Shown here in pieces: positions 1 to 8,397 of a DNA stretch of 36,547 nt. The DNA comes from Planctomycetota bacterium. GTDB lineage: Bacteria; Planctomycetota; B15-G4; SIAN01. The position numbers and the translations under genes are program-made. Every line of letters starts with the position of its first letter. Position 1 is the first letter of the stretch. The notes under the pieces were generated by a model that was not told the origin of the DNA, made no database searches, and worked only from the letters and a program-made list of their open reading frames with translations. The DNA is taken from positions 1-36,547 of the forward strand of contig JANNXA010000013.1 in NCBI GenBank assembly GCA_031409275.1, given 5' to 3'.

Positions 1-360
1 GCCTCGAACACGGACACGAACGACGTCTTCGGCGGCTCGGTCGCGGTCTCCGGCGACACGGTCGTCGTGGCGGCAGTCGGTGAAGCCAGCAACGCGACCG
101 GCGTGGACGGCAATCAGAGCGACAACAGCCTGTCCTACGCCGGCGCGGCCTATGTCTTCGTGCGCAGCGGGACGACCTGGAGCCAGCAGGCGTACTTGAA
201 GGCCTCGAACACCGACATCTTCGACTACTTCGGCGGCTCGGTCGCGGTCTCCGGCGACACGGTCGTCGTGGGGGCTTATGTCGAAGCCAGCAACGCGACC
301 GGCGTGGACGGCAACCAGAGCGACAACAGCATGGTCGGCGCCGGTGCCGCCTACGTCTTC
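1..360 (+). repeat. Intragenic 201-bp (67-codon) tandem repeat, about 1.8 copies visible
   Basis: gcctcgaacac at 1 and 202. Both copies share long identical runs (ttcggcggctcggtcgcggtctccggcgacacggtcgtcgtgg; gaagccagcaacgcgaccggcgtggacggcaa). Confidence 0.9.
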
Positions 361-777
361 GACCTCGACTATCAGAACGGCAGTTTTGCGACCTACGGCG
401 CCGGCACCTCCGGCCTCGGCGGCTTCGTGCCGAGCGCGGTGCTCAATGGCTCGTGGGCGATCAACGAGGACGTGACGCTCTCGATCAGCGACGGGATCGG
501 CGGAGCGCCGGCGCTATTGCTCACGGGTTTCGCTCGCGCCAACATCCCCTATGCGGGCGGATCGCTTCTCGTGGCGACGCCGTGGATCGTCGTCAACCTG
601 ACGCTCGGCGGTACACCGGGAGTCGCCGGTGCTGGCGCGCTCGATGTGACCGACACGATCCCCGACGATCCGGCGCTCGTCGGCGTCATCGTCGACTTCC
701 AGGTGCTGGTGGCGGATCGCGCCGCCTACAAGAAGCTGGCGCTCAGCAACGGCGCGGAACTCGTCATCGGCGGTTGA
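1..777 (+). CDS. FG-GAP (integrin-alpha-like) repeat beta-propeller protein with a C-terminal domain; 5'-truncated by the window
   Basis: The frame is open from base 1 (ASNTDTNDVFGGSVAVSGDTVVV...). Repeats of FGGSVAVSGDTVVVGA...AGAAYVF and WSQQAYLKASN are typical FG-GAP repeats. The C-terminal ~130 aa end in IPDDPAL...ALSNGAELVIGG; stop TGA at 775-777. Confidence 0.85.
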   Translation, partial: ASNTDTNDVFGGSVAVSGDTVVVAAVGEASNATGVDGNQSDNSLSYAGAAYVFVRSGTTWSQQAYLKASNTDIFDYFGGSVAVSGDTVVVGAYVEASNATGVDGNQSDNSMVGAGAAYVFDLDYQNGSFATYGAGTSGLGGFVPSAVLNGSWAINEDVTLSISDGIGGAPALLLTGFARANIPYAGGSLLVATPWIVVNLTLGGTPGVAGAGALDVTDTIPDDPALVGVIVDFQVLVADRAAYKKLALSNGAELVIGG

Positions 778-1161
778 TCGGCGCGCGCCGCAAACGAGCG
801 CGACGAACTTGGCCCTTCAGACGTTCGCCGTGAGTTGCGCGCGTTCCTCAGGTCTGGCTCGATGCGTGCCTGAACGACGAGGGCTTACGACCGGCTGCGG
901 CCACCCGTGATTTCGGCGACCTTCATCGGCGGCTCTTCAGAGTCGCCTGCTTTGGCCTCCTCATCCTCGACGGCCTCGCACGGTCTCGGCGCGACGCGCC
1001 CATGCCGTCAGGTGCTCGGAGCGGCCGACGCCGAGCCGCCTGCCGCGCCTCGGCACGCCGACTGCCCTGTCGCAGCCGTGGAAGCTCCCTCCCGCGGATC
1101 AGGCGCGCCCGTGCGCGCGCCTTCCCGCGGCGTCGGGTGCTGCTTCCCGAGCGAGGGGCCG

Positions 1162-2595
1162 ATGGGCGTCATCTTCGAGCCGTTCAAGATCAAGAGCGTC
1201 GAGCCGATTCCGCTGACCACGCGCGAGGAGCGGCTGGCACGGATCGCGGCGGCCGGCTTCAACCCGTTCCAGTTGCCGGCATCGTCGATCACGTTCGATC
1301 TGCTGACCGATTCGGGCACGGCGGCGATGAGCGCCAATCAGTGGGCGGCGATGCTGGTCGCCGACGAGAGCTACGCCGGCTCGCGCTCGTTCGAGAAGTT
1401 CGAGGCGGCCGCGCGTCGCCTCACCGGCTTCCGGCACGTGATCCCCACCCACCAGGGGCGTGCCGCCGAGCGCATCCTCTTCAGCTGCGCGGCCAAGCCG
1501 GGCCAGCGCGTGCCCAGCAACAGCCACTTCGACACGACGCGAGCGAACCTCGAGTACCTCGGCGTCGTCGCCGACGACCTCGTGATCGCGGAGGGGCGCG
1601 ACCCCGCTTCGCACCACCCGTTCAAGGGCAACGTCGATCTCGCGCGCCTCGAGCGCTACCTCGACGAGAACGCCGGGAACGTCCCCTTCGGCATGTGCAC
1701 CATCACCAACAACAGCGGTGGCGGTCAGCCGGTGGCGCTCGAGAACCTGCGCGCGCAGTCACGGCTCTACCGCGCGCGCGGCATCCCCTTCTTCCTCGAT
1801 GCCTGCCGCTTCGCGGAGAACGGCTGGTTCATCCGCGAGCGCGAGCCGGGGCAGCAAGGTCGCAGCGTCGAAGCGATCGCGCAGGAGTGTTTCGCGCTGG
1901 CCGACGGCTGCACGATGTCCGGCAAGAAGGATGCGCTGGTCAACATGGGCGGCTTGCTGGCGCTGAACGATGCGACGCTCGCCGCTCGCTGCAAACAGCT
2001 GCTGATCCTCACCGAAGGGTTCCCGACCTACGGCGGTTGCGCGGCGCGCGACCTCGAGGCGTTCGCGGTCGGGCTCGAGGAAGCGGTCGACGAGCGCTAC
2101 CTCGAGTACCGCGCCGCCACCACGCGCTACCTCGCCAAGGGACTGAACGACGCCGGCATCCCGACCGTGCAGCCGCCGGGTGGCCACGCCGTCTTCATCG
2201 ATGCGCGCGCCTTCCTGCCGCATCTCGCGCCGGAGCAGCTGCCCGGCCAGTCGCTGGTGGTGGCGCTCTACGTCGAAGGGGGCATTCGCGCCTGCGAGAT
2301 CGGCAGCGTGATGTTCGGCAAGAAGGGCGCCGATGGCCGCTTCGAGCCAGCGGCGCTCGAGCTGGTGCGACTCGCGTTGCCGCGACGCTGCTACACGCAG
2401 AGCCACATCGATCGCGTGCTCGAGATCGCTGCGGAGATCGCCAAGCACAAGGAGGCGCTGCCGGCCTACGAGATGGTCGAGCGTCCGCCGTTCCTGCCGC
2501 ACTTCACCGCGCGCTTCCGACCGCTGGCGTGCGCGGCCAGCGGAACAAGCGAGGTCAGCGTCGCTCGAAGCGCCGCACCAGCATCAAGCCCGTGA
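1162..2595 (+). CDS. tnaA: Tryptophanase (PLP-dependent beta-eliminating lyase), 477 aa
   Basis: ATG at 1162 follows GAGGGG. Motifs: EPFKIKSVE, DLLTDSGT, GDE-like ADESYAGS, PTHQGRAAE, HFDTTRAN, GGQPV, and the PLP lysine motif MSGKKD. EIGS and HFTARF match tryptophanase rather than tyrosine phenol-lyase (ERG, FFTARF). Confidence 0.88.
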   Translation: MGVIFEPFKIKSVEPIPLTTREERLARIAAAGFNPFQLPASSITFDLLTDSGTAAMSANQWAAMLVADESYAGSRSFEKFEAAARRLTGFRHVIPTHQGRAAERILFSCAAKPGQRVPSNSHFDTTRANLEYLGVVADDLVIAEGRDPASHHPFKGNVDLARLERYLDENAGNVPFGMCTITNNSGGGQPVALENLRAQSRLYRARGIPFFLDACRFAENGWFIREREPGQQGRSVEAIAQECFALADGCTMSGKKDALVNMGGLLALNDATLAARCKQLLILTEGFPTYGGCAARDLEAFAVGLEEAVDERYLEYRAATTRYLAKGLNDAGIPTVQPPGGHAVFIDARAFLPHLAPEQLPGQSLVVALYVEGGIRACEIGSVMFGKKGADGRFEPAALELVRLALPRRCYTQSHIDRVLEIAAEIAKHKEALPAYEMVERPPFLPHFTARFRPLACAASGTSEVSVARSAAPASSP

Positions 2596-3970
2596 GCGTC
2601 GCGCGCGGCGGCTTCGCTTCCGGTTCGAGGAAGAGGTGCTGGGTCGGGTCGGCCTCGAAGATGAACTCGAAGCGCCCGTCTGCGTCACCACGGAACAGGA
2701 GCGTCAGCGGCGGCTGCGCGCCCGGCTTGGCGGTGAGCCGCTCTCCGTCGCGCGCGATCACCAGCTCGCGCGCCCCGGCGACGTAACGGCCGGCCAGTGC
2801 GTCGAGTCGCGCCGTCGCAAGCGGCAGGCTCTTCGTCGCGGTGAGGCTGGCGCGGTTCGCCGCGCTCGCTCGCGCCGCGGCGTCCGACTCCGGCAACACC
2901 ATCCGCAGCAACCGCGGCGCGAGCGCGCGAGTCTGCTCGCCCTCCGTGTTCGCCAGCACCGCGACCGCGAGTTCCTGCTCGGGCAGCCACTGGATCCAGC
3001 TGTTGAACCCGTGGATGTTGCCGCCGTGGCCGTACCACGGATGGCCGTCGAACGTGCCGAGCATCAACCCGAGTCCGTAGTCGACGCGAAACCCGCCTTC
3101 GACGACGGTCGGCTCGATCATGCGCGCGAGGCTCTCGTCGCCGACCACATCGAGTCGCGGCAGCGCCTTCGCCCAGATCAACAGGTCGTGCAGCGTCGAG
3201 CCCAGTGCGCCGGCGCCGCCGGGGATCGCCATGTCCATCGCGAGGTCGTTGACGAAGTGGCCATCGACGAAGGCGTAGCCCTGAGCGCGCCGCTCGATCA
3301 AGCGCGTGTCATCGGCGTAGCCGCTCTCGTCCATCTTGAGCGGCCCGAACACTCGCTCCTCGATCAGCGCTTCGTAGCTCTTGCCGGCGACGCGCGCGGC
3401 GACTTCGCCGACGAGGAAAACGGCCGAGTTGTTGTAGTCGAAGCCCGTGCCCGGTGCGAAGTCGGGCGGTGCGCCGTCGAACAGGGCGATCACCTCATCG
3501 GGGTTGCGTGGCGCGCGCGCCCATACGTCGAAATCGGGGCGCGCGGTGTAGCTCGGGATGCCCGAGGTGTGGTTCAGCAGCTGCAGGAGCGTGACCGGGC
3601 CACCCGCCGCCCGGAACTTCGGGAGGTAGTCGGTGATGGGGCGGTCGAGCGCGAGCCTGCCATCCTCGACGAGCTGCAGGACCGCCGCGGCGGTGAACTG
3701 CTTGCTGACCGACGCCAGCCGGAAGAAGGTGTGCTCGGTGACCGGCGTGCCCTGTTCGAGGTCGGCGCGCCCGAAGCCGCCCGCGAACAGCGTCTCCTCG
3801 CCGCGCGCGATGCCGATCGCGAGGCCGGCGACCGGACCGCTTTTCAGCGTCGATTCGGCGAGCGCGGTGATCCGTGCGCGCAGCTCTTCGGCGGTCGGCG
3901 CCTGCGGGGTGGCTCCCGCAACGGGCGCCGCCAGCAACCACCCCAGCGCGAGGAAGGACACGTAGGCCAC
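2555..3970 (-). CDS. Secreted serine hydrolase, beta-lactamase/class C/D-Ala-D-Ala peptidase fold, 471 aa
   Basis: GTG start with GGAG upstream and a hydrophobic N-terminus. SxxK (FRLASVSKQF), LLNHTSG, YxN (FDYNN) and HGG motifs are present. Confidence 0.88.
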   Translation of the reverse strand: MAYVSFLALGWLLAAPVAGATPQAPTAEELRARITALAESTLKSGPVAGLAIGIARGEETLFAGGFGRADLEQGTPVTEHTFFRLASVSKQFTAAAVLQLVEDGRLALDRPITDYLPKFRAAGGPVTLLQLLNHTSGIPSYTARPDFDVWARAPRNPDEVIALFDGAPPDFAPGTGFDYNNSAVFLVGEVAARVAGKSYEALIEERVFGPLKMDESGYADDTRLIERRAQGYAFVDGHFVNDLAMDMAIPGGAGALGSTLHDLLIWAKALPRLDVVGDESLARMIEPTVVEGGFRVDYGLGLMLGTFDGHPWYGHGGNIHGFNSWIQWLPEQELAVAVLANTEGEQTRALAPRLLRMVLPESDAAARASAANRASLTATKSLPLATARLDALAGRYVAGARELVIARDGERLTAKPGAQPPLTLLFRGDADGRFEFIFEADPTQHLFLEPEAKPPRATLTGLMLVRRFERR

Positions 3971-4065
3971 GTCGATCTCCTTGACGATTCCCGTCCGAAG
4001 CCGCGCTGTAACACTCGTCGGCGGCTCCGGTTCGAAGGGAGCATCCTCATCTCTCGGAGCCAGGC

Positions 4066-5163
4066 ATGCCCCTGTCGCGCCTTCCTGCCGCCATCACGAC
4101 GGCCGTCTTCTCCGCAACCGTCTTCTCGTTCGCGCCCGCCGCGACCGCCCAGGACTGCGACCCGCATATGGGGCTGCGCTTCGACGGGGTCGACGACTAC
4201 GTCGACATGATCGATCCGCAGATGCTGCCGCTCGAGAAGTTCACCGTCGGCGCATGGGTGCGCGTCCTTTCGTTCGGCGGCGTCCGGCGCGGCATCGTGA
4301 CGCGCGGCGAGGATCCGACCAACGACCATCTGCCCTGGGCGCTCGAGGTGTGGGTCGACGGGACCGTCGCCGTCGAGATCGAGGACGCGCTCGACAACAA
4401 CCAGTTCTTCTTCAGCCAGGCCAACGTCGGCGATGGCCTCTGGCACCACGTGGCCGCGAGTCGCGACGGCGCCGGAACGGTGACGCTCTTCGTCGATGGG
4501 GAAGTCGACGCGACCTACGACTTGACGCCCCCGCCGCTCGATGGTGCCGGTGCGGCGCGCATCGGCAACCTGCGGCTCAACACGTCGGGCGTCCCTTCCG
4601 AATTCGGCCACTTCGACGGTTTCCTCGATGAAGTGTTCGTCTTCGGCGAAGCGCTCGCTCCCGATGTCGTGAAGAAGATCTACCTCGCCGGCGTCGACGC
4701 GGGCTACGGCGACCTGCAGCTCCTGCTCAAGCTCGACGAGTTCGACGGCCAGAAGTGCGATGACCTGTCGAAAAACGACCACACCGGAATCCTCGGCAGC
4801 GACACCACGATCGAGACGCTCGACCCGATCCGCGTCGTGTCACAAGCGCCGATCTGCGACAAGCAGCGCAAGCTGTGGTTCAACGTCGAGCCGATCGTCG
4901 CTTCGCCCGGCGACGAGGTGCAGGCGCTCACGTGGGGCGGTGCGCCGGGCGGATTGAACGCGCTGGTGCTGACTTCGATCGACGGCTTCCCGATCTTCGC
5001 GATCGTGCTGATCGACGCCTTCGACACCAATGGCGAGCACTTCCTGCAGGTCGACCTGCCGACCGATGCTCCGACCGGAATCACCGTCGGCATCACGGCC
5101 TGGGGCAAGACGGCGAGCGGAAAGCTCAAGCCTTCGAACGAGGAGTTCCTGCCGATCCAATGA
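4066..5163 (+). CDS. Secreted LamG/concanavalin-A-like jelly-roll protein with a C-terminal domain, 365 aa
   Basis: GGAG RBS and a signal peptide ending ATA-Q. LamG hallmarks: LRFDGVDDYV, FTVGAWVR, DGLWHHVAA, LFVDGE, FDGFLDEVFVF. Confidence 0.85.
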   Translation: MPLSRLPAAITTAVFSATVFSFAPAATAQDCDPHMGLRFDGVDDYVDMIDPQMLPLEKFTVGAWVRVLSFGGVRRGIVTRGEDPTNDHLPWALEVWVDGTVAVEIEDALDNNQFFFSQANVGDGLWHHVAASRDGAGTVTLFVDGEVDATYDLTPPPLDGAGAARIGNLRLNTSGVPSEFGHFDGFLDEVFVFGEALAPDVVKKIYLAGVDAGYGDLQLLLKLDEFDGQKCDDLSKNDHTGILGSDTTIETLDPIRVVSQAPICDKQRKLWFNVEPIVASPGDEVQALTWGGAPGGLNALVLTSIDGFPIFAIVLIDAFDTNGEHFLQVDLPTDAPTGITVGITAWGKTASGKLKPSNEEFLPIQ

Positions 5164-5229
5164 ACTCGCGGCGGCGCCCCCGAGCCGCCCGATCGATTCC
5201 CCCTGCCGGCGCATCGATTCGCGCCGGCG

Positions 5230-5270
5230 CCGGCGGGCGCGGCTTGCACCGCGTCCGCCGGTCTTGTTTC
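5230..5270 (+). terminator. Probable intrinsic terminator between convergent genes
   Basis: 13-bp stem ccggcgggcgcgg / ccgcgtccgccgg (one G-U pair), loop cttgca, then tcttgtttc. A second 8-bp stem lies just upstream (5205-5228). Confidence 0.6.
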
Positions 5271-5295
5271 GACGGTCGCTCGGTGGCGCAGCGCG

Positions 5296-6675
5296 TCAGT
5301 CCCCGAGCCGCAGTTCGATCGCGGCGGAGAGCGCGTAGTGGCCGTCGGGGCCGTTGCGATCGAGCGCCGCGAGCTGCGCAAAGAAGGAGAGGTCCGACAG
5401 CGCGGGGTCGTCCGGGATCGCGTCGAGCGGGAGAGTCCCGTGACCGAAGCGATCGAAGCTGATCGGCAACAACTGGTCGGGGCAGACGTAGAGCGTGCCG
5501 CCGGCGAACGGCAAGCCACCGCCCGGCAGCAGCGAAGCGCTCAGCAGCACGAAGCCGCGGCCGCGCGGCACGCTGTCGCGAACCAGCAACGAGTAGGTCG
5601 TCGGATGAGGGATCGTCGGCAGCGAATCGCCGCACAAGCGCGGGACTCCGTGCGTGCCGCTCGTCCCGAAGCCGATCGTCTCGACGTCCGCCATCCGCTC
5701 CGCCGGCGAGCTTCCGCGCACGATCGACCAGCTCGTGCAGGCGCGGTGGCTCTTCAGGAAATGGAGCAGTTGCTCCCCGAGCTTCGTCTCCCCGCCGTCG
5801 CCAAGGTGGGCGCCGTCCGGCGAGAAGTCGGCGCAGGTCAGCAGCAGGCCGTCGCTGCGCGGCTCCTCGCCATCGCACCACGGATAAGGGCCCCATGCGA
5901 GCCACGGGACCTTCACCGGCCCACGTTCGCCGTCCCATTCCAGTTCCGGGTCGAGCGCCAGCTGTCGCTCGATCAAAGCGCGGATCGACCACGCTTGCTC
6001 GTAGTAGTACGGTTCATTCACTTGCGCGATGAGCGAATAGCCTTGCCAGTAGAGCGGCGAGAGGAAGGCGAGCTTCGCGTTTGGGAAGGTCTGCTTCACG
6101 ATCTGAAGCACTTCGAGCCAGTAGCCCGCCGTGACGTCGATGTGGTCGGGGAAGGGTTCGCTTTGGGTGGGCGTGCCTTCGAGGATCCAGATCACCTGTA
6201 CTTGTGCCGCCGTGACACGCGCGTCCGCCAGCAGCGCTGGCACCGAGACGGTCCAGTAGTCCGCCAACGGATCGCGGATTTTCAGCAGGTCCTGCGAGGC
6301 AGCGGCGAGGTTGGCGAAGGCAAGGTCCGGCGCGAGTTCGAGGTCGGTGCGAGCGAGTCGGTCGAAGGCCCCGAACACCTGTCCGGTGAAGGACATCCCG
6401 ATCGCCGCGATGGCGATGACGCCCTCGGAATCGGGAACGCCGTTGCCGTCGAGCGGAACGATCGACTTCGAGAGATTGCGACCGGCCGCGAGGTGATCGG
6501 CCGGGCATTCGTTGCTGCGGCCTGGGTAGAGACCACCCTCGAGTCCGAAATAGTCGCCCTCACGGAGGTCGTCGAGCGGTGCCAGGCCGAGCGATCGCAC
6601 GCTGCAGTCCTGTGCCTTCGCGGCGACCGCCAACGTCGCAGCGGCGAATGTCGCGACGATCCAGGCGTGATTCAT
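5296..6675 (-). CDS. Secreted SGNH/GDSL-like hydrolase-fold protein with a C-terminal domain, 459 aa (paralog of 6804-8216)
   Basis: Start MNHAWIVATFAAATLAVAAKA-Q (signal peptide) with GAGGA upstream. Block-I-like AAIGMSFT and DxxH-like DGAHL motifs. The C-terminal domain contains IPDDPAL...ALSAAIELRLGD. The fold call is from motifs only. Confidence 0.7.
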   Translation of the reverse strand: MNHAWIVATFAAATLAVAAKAQDCSVRSLGLAPLDDLREGDYFGLEGGLYPGRSNECPADHLAAGRNLSKSIVPLDGNGVPDSEGVIAIAAIGMSFTGQVFGAFDRLARTDLELAPDLAFANLAAASQDLLKIRDPLADYWTVSVPALLADARVTAAQVQVIWILEGTPTQSEPFPDHIDVTAGYWLEVLQIVKQTFPNAKLAFLSPLYWQGYSLIAQVNEPYYYEQAWSIRALIERQLALDPELEWDGERGPVKVPWLAWGPYPWCDGEEPRSDGLLLTCADFSPDGAHLGDGGETKLGEQLLHFLKSHRACTSWSIVRGSSPAERMADVETIGFGTSGTHGVPRLCGDSLPTIPHPTTYSLLVRDSVPRGRGFVLLSASLLPGGGLPFAGGTLYVCPDQLLPISFDRFGHGTLPLDAIPDDPALSDLSFFAQLAALDRNGPDGHYALSAAIELRLGD

Positions 6676-6727
6676 GGAGGAGTTCCTCGAAGGCGGTGGG
6701 GGCGACGGCGACGACCCTTGACAGAAG

Positions 6728-6774
6728 TGGAGTGCGTGGACGCGTGCCGCATACGGCAACGTCCACGCACTCCA
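6728..6774. other. Long intergenic inverted repeat/hairpin
   Basis: Perfect 15-bp arms tggagtgcgtggacg (6728-6742) and cgtccacgcactcca (6760-6774), with an inner tgccg/cggca stem and a cata loop. Confidence 0.8.
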
Positions 6775-6803
6775 TCGAACTTCGTCGCACGAAGCGTGCC
6801 GGA

Positions 6804-8216
6804 TCAGTCGCCTAGCACCAGCTCGATCGCCTGCGACAGCGCGACACCTCCTTGCGCGGCCCGGTCGAAGGCCACCAACTGCGCGAAGAAGCTGCGGTCG
6901 AACAGCGCGGGATCGTCGGGGATCTCTCCCAGCGACAGCGTGCCGTTGCCCTTCGGCCCGAAGGTGATCGGCAGCAGGAGGGTCGGCAGCACCCGCAGCC
7001 ATCCCGAGCCAAGGGGTAGACCGTCTCCACTCAGCAGCTGCTCGCTGATCGCGACGAGGCCGTCCCCGTCCGGGACCGAGCGCCTCGCGATCAGCTGGTA
7101 GTCGCCGTGGTAGGGGATCGTCGGCAGTGCGCTGCCGCAGAGTCTCGGTACGCCTTGCGTTCCCGACGACTCGCCACCGAGCAGCTCGACGCGTGCCGCG
7201 CGTTCCGCCGGCGAGCTGCCGCGCACGATCGACCAGCGCGTGCAGGCGCGATCGCTCTTCACGAAGTGGAGCAGGCGCGCGCCGAGCTTCTCGCGGCCGC
7301 CGACGTCGAGGTGGGAGCCGTCCCACAGGTAGTCACTGCACGCCATCTTGAGGCCGTCGCTGCGCGGCTCCTCGCCATCGACCCAGAAGTAGGGGCCCCA
7401 CGCGATCCACGGCGCGGGCGCGATCCCCGTGTCGACTTCGTAGGCGAGTTCCGGCGCACCGGCGAGTTGCCTTGCGATCACCTCGCGCACGGCGAAGCCC
7501 TGCTCGAAGTAGTACGGCTCGGTGCTTGGCGCGAACCATGCGAATCCCTGCCAGTGAACGGGCGACAGGAACGCGAGCTGCACGTTCGGAAGATGGACGC
7601 GGAGCAGCTGCAGCAGGGCCGTCCAGTCGTCGGCGAGCAGGTCGACATGCTGCGGGAAGCGGGCGGGTTGTTCGCTGGACCCTTCCATGATCCACGCGAC
7701 CTGGATCTGCTCGGCGGTCACACCAGCCGCCTTCAGCTGCGCGGGCAGCAGCGTGGTCCAGTAGTCGTTGCCGGGATCGCGCAGGTCTTCGAGGTCGTGT
7801 CCGCGCGCCGTCCCGTCGATCAGCCGCAGCGCGGGCGCGATCTCGGGGTCGTCGGCGGCGAGGCTCTGGAACGTCTCGAAGACTTGATGGGTGAAGGAGA
7901 ATCCGATGGCGGCGAGGCCGACGATGCCTGTGGCATCTGGAGTGCCGTCTGCTGCCAACGGCACGATTCGCTTCGCGATCGCGCGACCGGCCGCGAGGTG
8001 ATCTTCGGGGCATCGGTTGCTGCGGCCTGGGTAGAGGCCCCCCTCCACGCCCTGCCACTCGCCGTCGCGCAAGTCGTCGAGCGGCACCAGATCGAGCGAC
8101 TTCTGGTTGCAGTTCTGGGCTGGCGCCAGCGATGGCGGCGGTTCGATCCGCGGCATCGCGAACAGGAACTGGGACGTGGAAATCCAGGCGAGGACGGATC
8201 TGCCGAAGCTTCTCAT
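6804..8216 (-). CDS. Secreted SGNH/GDSL-like hydrolase-fold protein with a C-terminal domain, 470 aa (paralog of 5296-6675)
   Basis: ATG at 8216 follows GAGGAGG. Motifs AAIGFSFT and DGSHL. Shares EGGLYPGRSN, EPYY, PWxAWGPY, EEPRSDGL and WSIVRGSSPAER with the neighbouring gene. Ends ALSQAIELVLGD. Confidence 0.7.
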   Translation of the reverse strand: MRSFGRSVLAWISTSQFLFAMPRIEPPPSLAPAQNCNQKSLDLVPLDDLRDGEWQGVEGGLYPGRSNRCPEDHLAAGRAIAKRIVPLAADGTPDATGIVGLAAIGFSFTHQVFETFQSLAADDPEIAPALRLIDGTARGHDLEDLRDPGNDYWTTLLPAQLKAAGVTAEQIQVAWIMEGSSEQPARFPQHVDLLADDWTALLQLLRVHLPNVQLAFLSPVHWQGFAWFAPSTEPYYFEQGFAVREVIARQLAGAPELAYEVDTGIAPAPWIAWGPYFWVDGEEPRSDGLKMACSDYLWDGSHLDVGGREKLGARLLHFVKSDRACTRWSIVRGSSPAERAARVELLGGESSGTQGVPRLCGSALPTIPYHGDYQLIARRSVPDGDGLVAISEQLLSGDGLPLGSGWLRVLPTLLLPITFGPKGNGTLSLGEIPDDPALFDRSFFAQLVAFDRAAQGGVALSQAIELVLGD

Positions 8217-8397
8217 GCGCGACCTCCTCGGTCCGCGCGATCCATCGAGACTGCCACCGCGCACCCTGGCACGCGCGCGATCGCAAGCGATCGTCGCGGA
8301 CGGTTGGCAGAAGAGACACCTGAAGTACGCGTCGCGTGAAAGGCGGTAACACCGCGCGCTTCGAGCCGAGCGAGACTCCCTTTCCGTGGCCGTCGGC

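Noticed and set aside
1..360. Repeat pair as a diversity-generating retroelement TR/VR
   Set aside because: The differences are not adenine-specific, both copies are in-frame protein repeats, and no reverse transcriptase is in the window.
778..1161. tnaC-like leader peptide or riboswitch upstream of tnaA
   Set aside because: I could not identify a short Trp-containing ORF with TnaC-like spacing or a recognisable RNA motif.
1162..2595. Tyrosine phenol-lyase assignment (SGKKD motif)
   Set aside because: It has EIG and HFTARF where tyrosine phenol-lyase has ERG and FFTARF.
2555..3970. Antibiotic-resistance beta-lactamase
   Set aside because: SxxK/YxN/HGG fits the broad serine hydrolase family, and the class C KTG triad is absent. 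Resistance is not supported.
6718..6746. TTGACA as a sigma70 -35 box
   Set aside because: There is no -10 at the proper spacing (cgcgtg), and it points antisense to the local genes.
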